DNA of 64,000 bases from Oscillospiraceae bacterium (GCA_017406005.1 JAFQZI010000035.1:35823-99822); one strand, 5' to 3'; positions 19,425-30,378 are shown, counted from the stretch's first letter. Program-made: numbers and translations. The notes: a model not told the origin generated them from the letters alone.

Positions 19425-21233
19425 ATGAGCGCATTTAATGTTATTTCCCTCCTCGGCGGGCTCGCAATGTTCCTTTACGGCATGCGCCTGATGGGGGATT
19501 CCCTTAAAGAAAATTCCGGTGCTACCATGCGGCTTGTCATGGAGAAGGTAACGGATAATCCCATCAAAGCCTTCTTCCTTGGTGTGCTCGTCACGGCTTT
19601 GATTCAGTCCTCAACGGCGACCATTGTGATAACTTCCGGTCTGGTAGGTGCAGGAATTCTGACACTTCACCAGGCTCTTGGCGTGATCATAGGAGCGAAT
19701 GTGGGGACAACGGTTACGGGCCAGATCATCCGGCTTCTTGACCTGAACGCATCCGGCGGCACGTCTTTTCTGCGCTATCTGCAGCCGTCTACATTAGCGC
19801 CTGTTGCTTTGATAATCGGTATGATCCTCATAATGACAGGCCTTGTCAAAAACGCAAAATCCATCGGGAGCATAGCCGTGGGATTCGGGATTCTCTTTAC
19901 CGGGTTGATGAACATGACCGGAGCAGTCCAGAGTCTTACACAGTCCGGCCTTGTGGAAAAACTTTTCTCCGGGCTTGGAGACAATCCCTTGATCGGGTAT
20001 CTGACAGGTGCGGGTGTTGCATTTGCATTGCAGAGTTCCTCAGCTACCATCGGTATTCTGCAGGCGTTCTCTGCCGGAGGCGTGCTCACGTTTAAGGCTA
20101 TTTATGCCGTTATTGTCGGTATTTACCTGGGTGACTGCGTAACCACAGCAATCGTCTGCTCTATTGGTGCCCGTCCGGAAGCTAAACGTGTCGGTGTCGT
20201 TAATATTCTTTTTAACCTCAGCGAGACGGTGGTGGTTCTGGTTGGCATCACAATTATCCACAAACTCGGTTTGCTGGATTCACTATGGGATAAGACCGTC
20301 AACTCCGGTATTATTGCAAACACCAACACGGTTTTCAATCTGGCTTGCGCTGTTCTCCTCTTTCCGATGATCGGTGTATACGAAAAGCTGAGCCGCAAGA
20401 TTGTTCCGAGCGAACCGGAAAAAGAAGACAAGTACAAAGAAGTGCTCGAAGGTCTCAACCCGGCTTTCTTTAACACGCCAATGCTTTCTCTTCGTTCCTG
20501 CTACGAGGTGCTGATGGCTATGTTTACAGCTGCACGTTCCAATCTTGAAGCCGGATTTGAACTGCTGAATAGCTTTAAAGAATCCAGATACCGGGAGGTG
20601 CTGGTCGAAGAAGGAGATATTGACCGCCTGACCGACCATTTAAGCCGCTACATGGTAGACCTTTCTCCGCATTTGCATCAGGAATTGCACGCCGGTATCC
20701 TGAACCAGTATTACAAGGTGACAACCGAATTTGAACGTCTCGGAGACCATGCTGTGAATATTGCCGACAGTGCGGCAGGCCTTGCAAAGAACAACACAGC
20801 TTTTTCTCCTGAGGCCCTGAAAGAAATCAGTGTGCTCCAGCAGCTTATTAATGATTTGCTTGACCATACCCGGGCGGCTTTTCAAAAGCGTAGCCTGAGG
20901 GAAGCAGAAAGCATTGAGCCGCATGTTCGTGTTCTCAATGAGTTTATAAACCAACTGCAGAAAAACCATTTCAAACGTATGGGAGAGGGAATCTGTTCAC
21001 TCTATGCAGATGCTGCTTTTTCAAACCTGATGGGGGACTGTAAAAGAATCGGAGCTATCTGCTCCAATGTCGGGATTGCCACGCTGGTTCGTGCCCATCC
21101 GGAGCTTGCTGATCATGAACATCTCTATTTTGAAAACATCCAGAACAGCGGAGACGGTACCTTCAATCAACTCTTTGAGGAAGCTCACAATCGATATTTT
21201 GATATGCTGAATACTGTTACAAAAACAGAATAA
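19425..21233 (+). CDS. Na/Pi cotransporter family protein with C-terminal PhoU-like domains
   Basis: 602 aa. Duplicated QSSSAT-type motifs (IQSSTAT, LQSSSAT) in the membrane part and a helical PhoU-like tail. Confidence 0.85.
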   Translation: MSAFNVISLLGGLAMFLYGMRLMGDSLKENSGATMRLVMEKVTDNPIKAFFLGVLVTALIQSSTATIVITSGLVGAGILTLHQALGVIIGANVGTTVTGQIIRLLDLNASGGTSFLRYLQPSTLAPVALIIGMILIMTGLVKNAKSIGSIAVGFGILFTGLMNMTGAVQSLTQSGLVEKLFSGLGDNPLIGYLTGAGVAFALQSSSATIGILQAFSAGGVLTFKAIYAVIVGIYLGDCVTTAIVCSIGARPEAKRVGVVNILFNLSETVVVLVGITIIHKLGLLDSLWDKTVNSGIIANTNTVFNLACAVLLFPMIGVYEKLSRKIVPSEPEKEDKYKEVLEGLNPAFFNTPMLSLRSCYEVLMAMFTAARSNLEAGFELLNSFKESRYREVLVEEGDIDRLTDHLSRYMVDLSPHLHQELHAGILNQYYKVTTEFERLGDHAVNIADSAAGLAKNNTAFSPEALKEISVLQQLINDLLDHTRAAFQKRSLREAESIEPHVRVLNEFINQLQKNHFKRMGEGICSLYADAAFSNLMGDCKRIGAICSNVGIATLVRAHPELADHEHLYFENIQNSGDGTFNQLFEEAHNRYFDMLNTVTKTE

Positions 21234-21312
21234 GTACCTCAGGTATTATCCGGGAATGGTTTTTGAACCGTTTCCGGTTATTTCTTTCCCTGCGAGTTTC
21301 CAAAAATACGTG

Positions 21313-21341
21313 TTGATTTCTTGACTGCAGTTCTTTATAAT
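21313..21341 (+). promoter_or_regulatory. candidate sigma-A promoter for the phoH operon
   Basis: TTGATT, 17-nt spacer, TATAAT. Lies 49 nt upstream of the phoH ATG. Confidence 0.45.
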
Positions 21342-21389
21342 TCTATTGGTTCTGATGAAGTTTATTTCTTTGATTGGTAAGGAAAGTGT

Positions 21390-22409
21390 ATGATCGATAA
21401 AATTATTGAGGTCGAAAGAATTGAAGATGTAATCAATGTTTTCGGTTCTTTCGATCAGAATTTGAGAATTCTGGAAAATGAACTCGGCGTCAAGGTTCTC
21501 GACAGGGAAAACGCTCTGCATGTTTGCGGGGAGGCGGAGGATGTACTGCTCGCTGAGAAGGCAATCGGCGGTCTTTTGACACTTGCTGCAAAAGGAGAAA
21601 CGATAAGTGACCAGAACGTGCGCTATGTTCTGCGTCTGGTTCAGCAGGGCAGAGAAGATAAGATTCAGGAACTTGTGGGAGATGTTATCTGCATTACTGC
21701 AAACGGAAAACCCATAAAACCGAAAACTCTCGGCCAAAAGCTGTATTGTGATGCCATCGCTTCCAACACGATTACGGTCGGAGAAGGCCCCGCAGGAACG
21801 GGAAAATCCTATCTTGCAGTTGCAGCCGCAGTTGCTGCTTTCCGGGCGGAGGAAGTAAACCGTATCATTCTTACACGTCCGGCTGTAGAAGCAGGGGAGC
21901 GCCTCGGCTTTCTTCCGGGAGACCTTCAAAGCAAGGTAGATCCTTATCTGCGGCCGCTCTATGATGCCCTGTTTGATATGCTCGGGGTTGAAACATATCA
22001 GAAGTATCTTGAACGCGGTAATATTGAAGTGGCTCCGTTGGCTTATATGCGTGGCAGGACGCTTGATGACAGCTTTATTATTCTGGATGAAGCCCAGAAT
22101 ACATCCGGCGAGCAAATGAAAATGTTTCTTACGAGGCTCGGATTCGGATCCAAAATGGTTATCACCGGTGATGTTTCGCAGATTGATCTGCCGGAGGAGA
22201 AGACCAGCGGACTGAAGGTTGCCATGAAAGTCCTTGAAGGGATTGACGATGTTGCAATCTGCACGCTTACCGGGGCTGACGTTGTGCGGCACCGCCTTGT
22301 GCAAAGGATTATTGAGTCCTATGAAGAATATGAAAAGAAGAATCCTGCCGGAAGCTCTTCCGGTAAGTCAAAACCGCCGCAGAAATTCAGGAGGAAGTTT
22401 GAGAAATGA
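21390..22409 (+). CDS. phoH: PhoH-family ATPase
   Basis: Walker A GPAGTGKSY and Walker B ILDEAQN motifs, with a KH-like N-terminal domain. Confidence 0.9.
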   Translation: MIDKIIEVERIEDVINVFGSFDQNLRILENELGVKVLDRENALHVCGEAEDVLLAEKAIGGLLTLAAKGETISDQNVRYVLRLVQQGREDKIQELVGDVICITANGKPIKPKTLGQKLYCDAIASNTITVGEGPAGTGKSYLAVAAAVAAFRAEEVNRIILTRPAVEAGERLGFLPGDLQSKVDPYLRPLYDALFDMLGVETYQKYLERGNIEVAPLAYMRGRTLDDSFIILDEAQNTSGEQMKMFLTRLGFGSKMVITGDVSQIDLPEEKTSGLKVAMKVLEGIDDVAICTLTGADVVRHRLVQRIIESYEEYEKKNPAGSSSGKSKPPQKFRRKFEK

Positions 22410-22891
22410 ATGAAGTCTATATCAGCCGGGCGAAAAGGAATCTGGGGCATCCGCAGAGCGCCCGCCTCATCCGAAAGGCTGTTGAAAAGGTGCTGGAGGC
22501 AGAAGATATACCGGAGCTTTGCATCGTCTCCGTCCTTCTCTGTGATGATGAGGACATCCGGGCTGCGAATAAACAGTTCCGGAATTGCGACAGTGTCACT
22601 GACGTGCTTTCTTTCCCGTTTAACGACCTCGTTCCCGGTTCCTTTTGCAGCGAAGGCTGTGACTGTGAGATTGAAACAGGAGCCATTCTTCTGGGAGATA
22701 TTATGCTTAACCTGAAACGCTGTGAGAAACAGGGAGAAGAATACGGACACGGATTCAACCATGAAATACAATACCTCACGGTACATTCTGTCCTGCATCT
22801 GCTCGGGTATGATCATACGGACGAGGGAGAAATGAAAAAGCAAATGCGCACACGCGAAAAAGCAATTATGGGGGAGCTGACAGATGACTGA
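22406..22891 (+). CDS. ybeY: rRNA maturation RNase YbeY
   Basis: Metal-binding motif HSVLHLLGYDH. 4-nt overlap with phoH. Confidence 0.9.
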   Translation: MNEVYISRAKRNLGHPQSARLIRKAVEKVLEAEDIPELCIVSVLLCDDEDIRAANKQFRNCDSVTDVLSFPFNDLVPGSFCSEGCDCEIETGAILLGDIMLNLKRCEKQGEEYGHGFNHEIQYLTVHSVLHLLGYDHTDEGEMKKQMRTREKAIMGELTDD

Positions 22892-23771
22892 GACAGCAAT
22901 CATCACAATTTGCGGAAGGCCGAATGTAGGAAAGTCGACTTTGACAAATGCTCTTGTTGGGGAAAAGATCACCATTGTATCCAGCAAACCGCAGACGACG
23001 CGCAATCGCATTATGGGAGTTGTTACAAAAGGCGAAACACAGTTTGTTCTGCTCGATACTCCCGGCTTTATCAAACCGCGCAATCGCCTCGGGGACTATA
23101 TGGTTAACGTGGTGAAAGAAAGTGTAACGGATGTTGACTGTATCCTGTTCCTTGTTGAACCGGTTCCGGAAATCGGTCCGGGAGAGATGTCACTCCTGGA
23201 GAAAATCCGGGAGAGCAGTGTTCCGGCAATTCTGGTAATCAACAAGATCGACACGATTGAAAAGGAAAAACTTCTTGCGGTCATTGCAGAGTGGACGCAG
23301 GCTTTTCCGTTTGATGCGGTAGTACCCGTATCTGCAAAAGACGGAGATGGGCTGGACATTCTCCTTGATGAAATGCATAAATATGTAACAGAGGGCCCGC
23401 ATCTCTTCCCGGAAGACAGCATTACCGATCAGCCGGAGCGACAGATCTGTGCAGAACTGATCCGGGAAAAGATCCTTCAGTGTATTGAAAAGGAAGTGCC
23501 CCATGGAACCGCTGTGGAAATCAGCAAGTTTTCCGAAAGAGAAAACGGCATTCTGGATATCGAAGCCATTATTTATTGTGAAAAACCGAGCCATAAGGGA
23601 ATTCTGATTGGAAAAAACGGTTCCATGCTGCGGCAGATCGGAGCAGAGGCGAGAGAAGAAATGGAAGATCTTCTCGGCGCGAAAGTATTCCTGCAGACCT
23701 GGGTAAAGGTAAAAGAAAACTGGCGTGACAGCGAAATTCAGCTTCGAAATTTCGGTTACCGGAACGAGTGA
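22884..23771 (+). CDS. era: GTPase Era
   Basis: G1 motif GRPNVGKST, G3 DTPG, G4 NKID, and a C-terminal KH domain. Confidence 0.95.
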   Translation: MTETAIITICGRPNVGKSTLTNALVGEKITIVSSKPQTTRNRIMGVVTKGETQFVLLDTPGFIKPRNRLGDYMVNVVKESVTDVDCILFLVEPVPEIGPGEMSLLEKIRESSVPAILVINKIDTIEKEKLLAVIAEWTQAFPFDAVVPVSAKDGDGLDILLDEMHKYVTEGPHLFPEDSITDQPERQICAELIREKILQCIEKEVPHGTAVEISKFSERENGILDIEAIIYCEKPSHKGILIGKNGSMLRQIGAEAREEMEDLLGAKVFLQTWVKVKENWRDSEIQLRNFGYRNE

Positions 23772-24547
23772 TGGCTTTTTCCAGGTCTGATGCACTGGTT
23801 CTCCGTGAGGTGCGATACAAGGAAGCGGACAGGATCCTGACACTGTTTACATATGATCGCGGAATTGTGACTGCAAAAGCCCGCGGGGCGGTGAGGAAGA
23901 GCAGCAGAATTGCTGCTGCAACACAGCAGCTTACGCTTTCGGAAATGGATTTTTTCGAGAATAAAGGGAGGCTGACCGTTCAGGAGGCTGTCGTAAAGGA
24001 GCCATTTGAAGGGCTCCGGATGAATTTTGAGAATTATGCCCTCGGCTGTTACTTCGCCGAATGTATCGAAGCATTTGTGCAGGAAGAGCAGCCGGATGCC
24101 GACGCCTTCCAGCTTATCCTAAATTCCCTTTATGCGATCAGCCATGAATTGTGCAGCCCGTTACTGGTGAAAGCGGCTTTTGAGATTCGGCTGATGTGTC
24201 TGATGGGCTATGCACCTGATCTGTCAGGGTGCTGTTATTGCGGAAAAACGGATCCGGTTCTGCCGGTTCTCGGCGTGCAGTCCGGACATATATGCTGCAG
24301 AGAATGCAGAAAGAACGGACTCGGAGAGGGTATGTATTTGTGCAATGCCTCTCTTGGTGCTATGCGGTATATTGCGGCTGCTCCGGCGAAACGCCTGTTT
24401 TCCTTTACCCTGCCGGAAGAGGCTCTGACGCGCCTGAATCTGGCCACTGAGAACTATCTGGCAGCACAGTCGGGACGCCGCTTTTCCACTCTGGAATACT
24501 GGAAGAAAACTTTGTCCCAGTCCAATGCTTTAAAGGTGAAAATATGA
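23768..24547 (+). CDS. recO: DNA repair protein RecO
   Basis: OB-fold N-terminus plus a zinc-finger-like CxxC...CxxC region (CCYCGK...CCRECR). Canonical position after era. Confidence 0.85.
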   Translation: MMAFSRSDALVLREVRYKEADRILTLFTYDRGIVTAKARGAVRKSSRIAAATQQLTLSEMDFFENKGRLTVQEAVVKEPFEGLRMNFENYALGCYFAECIEAFVQEEQPDADAFQLILNSLYAISHELCSPLLVKAAFEIRLMCLMGYAPDLSGCCYCGKTDPVLPVLGVQSGHICCRECRKNGLGEGMYLCNASLGAMRYIAAAPAKRLFSFTLPEEALTRLNLATENYLAAQSGRRFSTLEYWKKTLSQSNALKVKI

Positions 24548-26916
24548 GCTTTTTTGAAAAATCTTTATCCACGCTGGAACTGCCGGTTGTTCTGAAAATG
24601 CTTTCCGAACAGGCGGTAAGCGCTCCTGCCAAGGAAGAATGCCTTTCACTGAAACCGTCTGTCGAGCAGGCTGAAGTTGCTTTGCGGCTTGAAGAGACAA
24701 GCTGTGCCTGTACGATGATGACGGTGCGTGGAAGCCCTTCCTTTTCCGGAGTAAAAGATATAAGGCCTTCCCTCGCAAGAGCGGATCTTGGGGGTGCGCT
24801 CAATACGCGGGAACTGTTGAATATTGCAGCGCTTTTGCGCTGCGCAAGGCTGGTACGCACTTATGTAGCGGATGACAGCGTCGGAAAAACAAAAATCGAT
24901 CATCTGTTTTCGGCACTCCGTGCCAACAAATATCTGGAGGAAAAGATCACTTCCTCTATTTCCGGAGAAGATGAGATCTCCGACAGTGCTTCTTCGGATT
25001 TGGCAGATATTCGACGTAAAATGCGTGCGGCAGCGGCAAGAGCAAGGGAAGCTCTGCAAAAGATTATATCTTCGCCATCTTATGCAAAAGTCCTGCAGGA
25101 ACCGATCATCACTATGCGCTCGGAACGCTATGTCGTTCCGGTAAAGGCGGAATACAAGAATTCGGTACCCGGTCTTGTGCATGATATTTCCGCAACCGGT
25201 GCCACACTTTTCATCGAGCCGATGGGTGCAGTCAAAGCAAATAACGAGCTGCGGGAGCTCGCTGCGAAAGAAAAGCTTGAAATTGAGCGGATCCTTGCAG
25301 AGCTTTCGGCAGAATGCGCAGCACACCGGACAGACATGGAGTCTGACTGGTTTTTGCTGGTTCGACTGGACGTGATCTTTGCCAAAGCAAAGCTTTCCTA
25401 TGCATTGAACTGCTGTGCAGCTGCAGCAGGAGAGGATGGAATCCTTCTTCGCAAAGCCCGGCATCCGTTCCTAAACCGAGATACTGCAGTCCCTATCGAT
25501 GTAGAACTCGGCCGTGGGTTTGACACGATGGTTATCACAGGTTCCAATACGGGAGGCAAAACGGTCGCCTTGAAGACGATCGGGCTGCTTGCCGCCATGA
25601 ATCAGTGCGGATTGCACATTCCCGCCTCTGACGGAAGCACGCTTCCTGTCTTCAGCCATATTCTTGCTGATATCGGTGATGAACAGAGCATCGAACAGAA
25701 CCTTTCCACTTTTTCCGCACATATGACAAATATAGTCAGTATTCTTGAGGAATGTGATGAAAAGTCCCTTGTTCTCTTCGATGAACCGGGTGCAGGAACC
25801 GATCCTGCAGAAGGAGCTGCCCTTGCTGTTTCAATTATCGAACATGTGAGAGCGAAAGGTGCGCTGATTGCAGCCACTACGCACTATACCGAACTAAAGT
25901 TTTATGCGACAAATGAACGCGGTGTAATCAATGCATCCTGTGAATTTGACATCGAAACTCTTCGCCCGACCTACCGTCTGTTAATGGGTATTCCCGGGAA
26001 ATCCAATGCTTTTGCGATTTCCAGGCGCCTCGGCCTTCCTGATGAGATCATCAACGATGCGAAAAACCGTGTAAGCACGGAAAATGCCAGCTTTGAAGCA
26101 ACAGTAGAAAAGCTTGAGCAGATGCGGGTTCTGCTGGAAAAAGACCGGGATGCCGAGCGATTGAAACTGCGGGAAGCTGAGGAAAACGCGAAACAGTCCG
26201 CCCGCCTGAAGGCAGAGCTTGATGTCCGTTTGGAAAAGGCAGATGTTAAAGCCCGGCGCGAAGCCGAACGCATTCTTGAAGAAGCACGGGAAACGGCAGA
26301 ACAGGTCTTTTCCGAACTTGATGAAATGAAAAAACGTCTCAATGAGGAGGACGATATACACCGTATCAACACAGCCCGAAATGAACTGCGTCGCCGGCTG
26401 AACGAGGCAAAAGACAGTCTTGACCCGGGTTCCTTCCGTCAGGAAGATACCAGGCAATCTGCCCGTGAAATCCGGGAAGGCGATGTGGTGGAAATCCGCT
26501 CTATGGGAATTCAGGCAGAGGTGGTCTCCGTTTCGGCTGACAGGACGCTTACACTAAAAGCCGGAAGGATGACGGTAACGGCTAAGGAAAACGAGGTATA
26601 TTTGCTCGAAGGAAAATCGGTAAAACCAAAAAAGAACATCACTTCTTCCGGTGCCTCTCTGCGTGCTTCCTCTTTCAAACCGGAAATTGACCTCCGCGGT
26701 ATGGAGTCGATTGAAGCCGTAGCAACGGCCGAGCAATTTATCGATGGGGCTGTTATGGCCAAAGTTTCTCCGATCCGTATTATCCATGGGAAAGGCACAG
26801 GTGCCCTGCGTACAGCCATTCATCAGATGTTGAAACGGAACAAGGCAGTTCGTTCCTTCCGCCTCGGAGTATTCGGAGAAGGAGAGACGGGCGTAACGAT
26901 TGTTGAGCTGAAATAA
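24544..26916 (+). CDS. mutS2: endonuclease MutS2
   Basis: 790 aa. MutS ATPase Walker A motif GSNTGGKT, a coiled-coil middle region, and a C-terminal Smr domain (IHGKGTGALR). Confidence 0.95.
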   Translation: MSFFEKSLSTLELPVVLKMLSEQAVSAPAKEECLSLKPSVEQAEVALRLEETSCACTMMTVRGSPSFSGVKDIRPSLARADLGGALNTRELLNIAALLRCARLVRTYVADDSVGKTKIDHLFSALRANKYLEEKITSSISGEDEISDSASSDLADIRRKMRAAAARAREALQKIISSPSYAKVLQEPIITMRSERYVVPVKAEYKNSVPGLVHDISATGATLFIEPMGAVKANNELRELAAKEKLEIERILAELSAECAAHRTDMESDWFLLVRLDVIFAKAKLSYALNCCAAAAGEDGILLRKARHPFLNRDTAVPIDVELGRGFDTMVITGSNTGGKTVALKTIGLLAAMNQCGLHIPASDGSTLPVFSHILADIGDEQSIEQNLSTFSAHMTNIVSILEECDEKSLVLFDEPGAGTDPAEGAALAVSIIEHVRAKGALIAATTHYTELKFYATNERGVINASCEFDIETLRPTYRLLMGIPGKSNAFAISRRLGLPDEIINDAKNRVSTENASFEATVEKLEQMRVLLEKDRDAERLKLREAEENAKQSARLKAELDVRLEKADVKARREAERILEEARETAEQVFSELDEMKKRLNEEDDIHRINTARNELRRRLNEAKDSLDPGSFRQEDTRQSAREIREGDVVEIRSMGIQAEVVSVSADRTLTLKAGRMTVTAKENEVYLLEGKSVKPKKNITSSGASLRASSFKPEIDLRGMESIEAVATAEQFIDGAVMAKVSPIRIIHGKGTGALRTAIHQMLKRNKAVRSFRLGVFGEGETGVTIVELK

Positions 26917-27050
26917 CAGTACGTCTGCTTTAACAGTGTTTGGCAGACTGCTCCAGGTATTCAATAATTGGCAACTGTGGTCGAATTGATATAAAAAACG
27001 ATATATTTTATGGCAAAAAATGGTAAAATCTAACAAATATGAACTGCTTG

Positions 27051-27079
27051 TTGACGATTGGAAAAAAATCTGCTATTCT
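27051..27079 (+). promoter_or_regulatory. candidate sigma-A promoter for ptsH
   Basis: TTGACG, 17-nt spacer, TATTCT. Lies 35 nt upstream of the ptsH ATG. Confidence 0.4.
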
Positions 27080-27113
27080 TACCCTGTACTTTATTGTATA
27101 AGGAGAGGGAACT

Positions 27114-27377
27114 ATGGTCTCTAAAGAAGTAGTTATTAACAATCAGGTTGGTCTTCATGCAAGACCTGCGACTTTCTTCATCCAGAAAGCCAATGAGTTC
27201 AAGAGCAGCATCTGGGTCGAAAAGGACGAGCGCCGTGTCAATGCGAAGAGCCTTCTCGGTGTTCTTTCCCTCGGTATCGTGAAAGGAACGACGATTAATC
27301 TCATTGCTGACGGTCCTGATCAGGATGAAGCAATTGATACGCTTTCCGCGCTGATCGATTCTGACTTCTCTGAGTAA
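27114..27377 (+). CDS. ptsH: phosphocarrier protein HPr
   Basis: 87 aa. His-15 site GLHARPA and Ser-46 site NAKSLLGV. No ptsI is adjacent. Confidence 0.9.
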   Translation: MVSKEVVINNQVGLHARPATFFIQKANEFKSSIWVEKDERRVNAKSLLGVLSLGIVKGTTINLIADGPDQDEAIDTLSALIDSDFSE

Positions 27378-27395
27378 TCTCAAATGCTAAAAAAG

Positions 27396-27422
27396 GGCGT
27401 GCTGGTAGGGCACGCTTTTTTT
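27396..27422 (+). terminator. rho-independent terminator after ptsH
   Basis: Stem GCGTGC/GCACGC followed by TTTTTTT. Confidence 0.7.
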
Positions 27423-27465
27423 ATACTTTGAGGAATTATCCCAGTGGTTGCAATAACAGTAAGGT

Positions 27466-29346
27466 ATGCTCTTGATAACGGAAAACGGGAGGCGGCGCTT
27501 GAAACCTGAATTGGAAACACTCCGGTCAAAGGCGAATAATCTGCCTCTTCTGCCCGGTGTCTATATTATGCTCGACAGCAAGTCCGAAGTCATTTATGTC
27601 GGGAAAGCGAAAAAGCTGAAAAACCGTGTCGGCAGCTATTTCCACGGAGAGCATCTCCCGAAAGTCGCCGCCATGATCGACAAGATTGCGGACTTCAACG
27701 TGATTGTCGCAAACAGTGAGTTTGAAGCCCTCATTCTTGAGAATTCTTTGATCAAACGGCATAAACCGCATTACAACATTTTACTCAAGGATGATAAAGG
27801 GTACCCTTTTATCCGAATAGATTTAAACAAACCTTACCCTGTATTGACGGTTGCCTCCAGGCGTCTCAACGACGGAGCTTCCTATTTCGGTCCTTTCGGC
27901 GGCCGCGGTGTCGTTCATGAGATCATACGCTCCATCTGCCGCACACTACTCCTTCCGGATTGTACACGGTCTTTTCCCGCCGAGATCGGAAAGGAGCGTC
28001 CCTGCCTGAACTACCATCTTGGTACATGTGATGGCTGGTGTCTTCCTGAGCTGAGTGAAGAAGATTATAGAAACAGGATACAGCAGGCTGTTTTGATCCT
28101 GGAAGGTCGCAGTGATGATCTGATTACTGAATTACGGAGCAGAATGGAAGCTGCTGCTGAGGATTATCGTTTTGAACTGGCTGCCCGCCTGCGAGACAGG
28201 ATGCGCTCTGTGGAAGCGCTTGTGAACAAACAGCGTGTCATCTCTACTGCCTTTACGGATACCGATGCCCTTGCTTTCTGCCGCGGTGCGATCTGCTGTT
28301 TTTCAGTGATGCATTTCTCAGAGGGAGATCTTGTCGGTAAGGAAACTGTCGTGATCGACGAGCCGATCGAGGACGATGCCGGAGCAATTTCCGAAATCGT
28401 CAAGCAGTATTATCTTCCGAGAGAAGGGATGCGCCCCGGCCTGATTCTGCTGCAGGCGGAGCCGGAAGACAGGGAAGATCTCGAACAGCTTCTTTCGGAA
28501 GGCAATCGCCGCAAAGTACATCTGGAAGTTCCGCAGCGTGGTGAAAGGCGCCGTCTGTTGGAAATGGCGGAGATGAATGCGTCTGAGGAGATCCTCCGCC
28601 GTACCACCGAAAACCGGAGACGCTCAAAAACATTAGAACTCCTGCAGAAAAGCCTCTCACTCGATCGTTTTCCGGAAAGGATAGAATCCTTTGATATCTC
28701 CAATCTGGGCAACACGGGAATTGTGGCGGCTATGGTTGTTTTTCGCAACGGAAAACCGCTGAAAAAGGATTACCGTAAATTCCGCATGAAGGACATGGAT
28801 TTTCAGGATGACTACGCGTCCATGTACCAGGCTGTTTTCCGCAGGTTCCGCCGTGCGTCAGACGGTGACGAAAAGTTTTCCGATTTGCCGGATCTTCTGC
28901 TGATCGACGGCGGTGAAGTTCATGCCGCGACGGCCCGACGCGCGCTTGCAGACCTCGGCATCAGTCTGCCGGTTTTCGGTATGGTGAAAGATGACAGGCA
29001 TCGCACGCGTGCTCTCATTACACCGGAAGGGATGGAAATAGGCATCCAGAGTACTCAGGCTGTCTTTTCCCTGATCGGCAGGATTCAGGAAGAAACGCAC
29101 CGGTTTGCCATTGAATATCAGCGCTCTCTGAGGCTCGAGCATTACGGATCCGAGCTGGACAGGATTCCGGGAGTAGGGGAAAAGCGAAAGGCAGATCTCC
29201 TCAAAGCATATAAAACCGTGAAGGCAGTTCGTTCCGCTACACTTGAAGAGCTGTGTTCTGTTGTGCCTAAAAACGTTGCAGCAGCCGTCTATGGCTATTT
29301 TCATGGCGAAGAGGAAAACCAATCGAAGGAGATGTATGAGCTATGA
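27466..29346 (+). CDS. uvrC: excinuclease ABC subunit C
   Basis: GIY-YIG domain (PGVYIM...VIYVGKAK), a UVR domain, and a C-terminal (HhH)2 domain. Confidence 0.95.
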   Translation: MLLITENGRRRLKPELETLRSKANNLPLLPGVYIMLDSKSEVIYVGKAKKLKNRVGSYFHGEHLPKVAAMIDKIADFNVIVANSEFEALILENSLIKRHKPHYNILLKDDKGYPFIRIDLNKPYPVLTVASRRLNDGASYFGPFGGRGVVHEIIRSICRTLLLPDCTRSFPAEIGKERPCLNYHLGTCDGWCLPELSEEDYRNRIQQAVLILEGRSDDLITELRSRMEAAAEDYRFELAARLRDRMRSVEALVNKQRVISTAFTDTDALAFCRGAICCFSVMHFSEGDLVGKETVVIDEPIEDDAGAISEIVKQYYLPREGMRPGLILLQAEPEDREDLEQLLSEGNRRKVHLEVPQRGERRRLLEMAEMNASEEILRRTTENRRRSKTLELLQKSLSLDRFPERIESFDISNLGNTGIVAAMVVFRNGKPLKKDYRKFRMKDMDFQDDYASMYQAVFRRFRRASDGDEKFSDLPDLLLIDGGEVHAATARRALADLGISLPVFGMVKDDRHRTRALITPEGMEIGIQSTQAVFSLIGRIQEETHRFAIEYQRSLRLEHYGSELDRIPGVGEKRKADLLKAYKTVKAVRSATLEELCSVVPKNVAAAVYGYFHGEEENQSKEMYEL

Positions 29347-29885
29347 GAGTCATCACCGGTTCTTGCCGCGGTCGCAGGCTGAAAACGCCGGCAGGGGATG
29401 ACGTTCGCCCGACGACGGACAATGTCAAGGAGGCTGTTTTCAACATTATCGCTTCCGATGTGGAAGGCAGACGCGTGCTTGATCTGTTTGCCGGTACCGG
29501 GCAGCTCGGGATCGAAGCACTCTCAAGAGGTGCCCGGGAGGCAGTATTTGTAGACTCTTCACCCGCTTCCCTGAAGATTGTAAGAGAAAACCTGCAGCTT
29601 TGTTCGATGGAGGCACAGGTGGTTCGTTCGGATGCGATAGCCTATTTAAAACACTGCGCGCCTTTTGATCTGATCTTTGTTGATCCGCCTTATGCTTCCG
29701 GTTTGTATGAAAAAGTTCTGGAATGTATCAATTTATTTGACATCCTGTCGGAAGGTGGTATAATAATTGTTGAGGCTGATCGTGACTGCGCGCTTCCCGA
29801 ACTGTCGCCGCCTTATCGGCGCCTCAGGGAGTACCGTTACGGGAAAGTAAAAATCTGTACCTATACCAAGGAGAGCGCGGTATGA
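29343..29885 (+). CDS. rsmD: 16S rRNA (guanine966-N2)-methyltransferase
   Basis: Motifs DLFAGTGQLGIEALSRG and VDPPY. 4-nt overlaps on both sides. Confidence 0.85.
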   Translation: MRVITGSCRGRRLKTPAGDDVRPTTDNVKEAVFNIIASDVEGRRVLDLFAGTGQLGIEALSRGAREAVFVDSSPASLKIVRENLQLCSMEAQVVRSDAIAYLKHCAPFDLIFVDPPYASGLYEKVLECINLFDILSEGGIIIVEADRDCALPELSPPYRRLREYRYGKVKICTYTKESAV

Positions 29886-30373
29886 GCATAGCAATTTGCC
29901 CCGGCAGTTTCGATCCGATCACCCTGGGGCATCTCAATATCATACGACGCACGGCTAACATTTTTGACGAAGTGATTGTCTGTATCATGAACAACTCTTC
30001 GAAGACTTCACCGATGTTTACGGTGGAGGAAAGGCTGGATATGGTTCGCCGGGCAGTTTCACGCTACTCCAATGTGCGGGTGGATGCCCAGTCCTGTCTG
30101 CTGGCAGAATATGCCAGGCAGTTCGAGGGAGCCGTGATTGTCAAAGGGCTGCGCGCTGCGTCCGACTTTGAATATGAGTTTCAGATGAATCTCATTAACA
30201 AAAATATTAATCCCGGCCTGGAAACGATGTTTCTCACTGCCGACGGAAAGTATACCTTTCTCAGTTCCTCTGTCGTGCGGGAGATGGCAACTTACGGAGC
30301 TGACATTACAGGCCTTGTCCCTAATGAGCTGATCAAAGAAATTGAAAATAAAGCCAAACAACGGAGGAACTGA
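29882..30373 (+). CDS. coaD: pantetheine-phosphate adenylyltransferase
   Basis: Motif CPGSFDPITLGH, 163 aa. Confidence 0.95.
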   Translation: MSIAICPGSFDPITLGHLNIIRRTANIFDEVIVCIMNNSSKTSPMFTVEERLDMVRRAVSRYSNVRVDAQSCLLAEYARQFEGAVIVKGLRAASDFEYEFQMNLINKNINPGLETMFLTADGKYTFLSSSVVREMATYGADITGLVPNELIKEIENKAKQRRN

Positions 30374-30378
30374 AACCA

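Noticed and set aside
21246-22304. 352-aa minus-strand ORF
   Set aside because: Antisense shadow of phoH.
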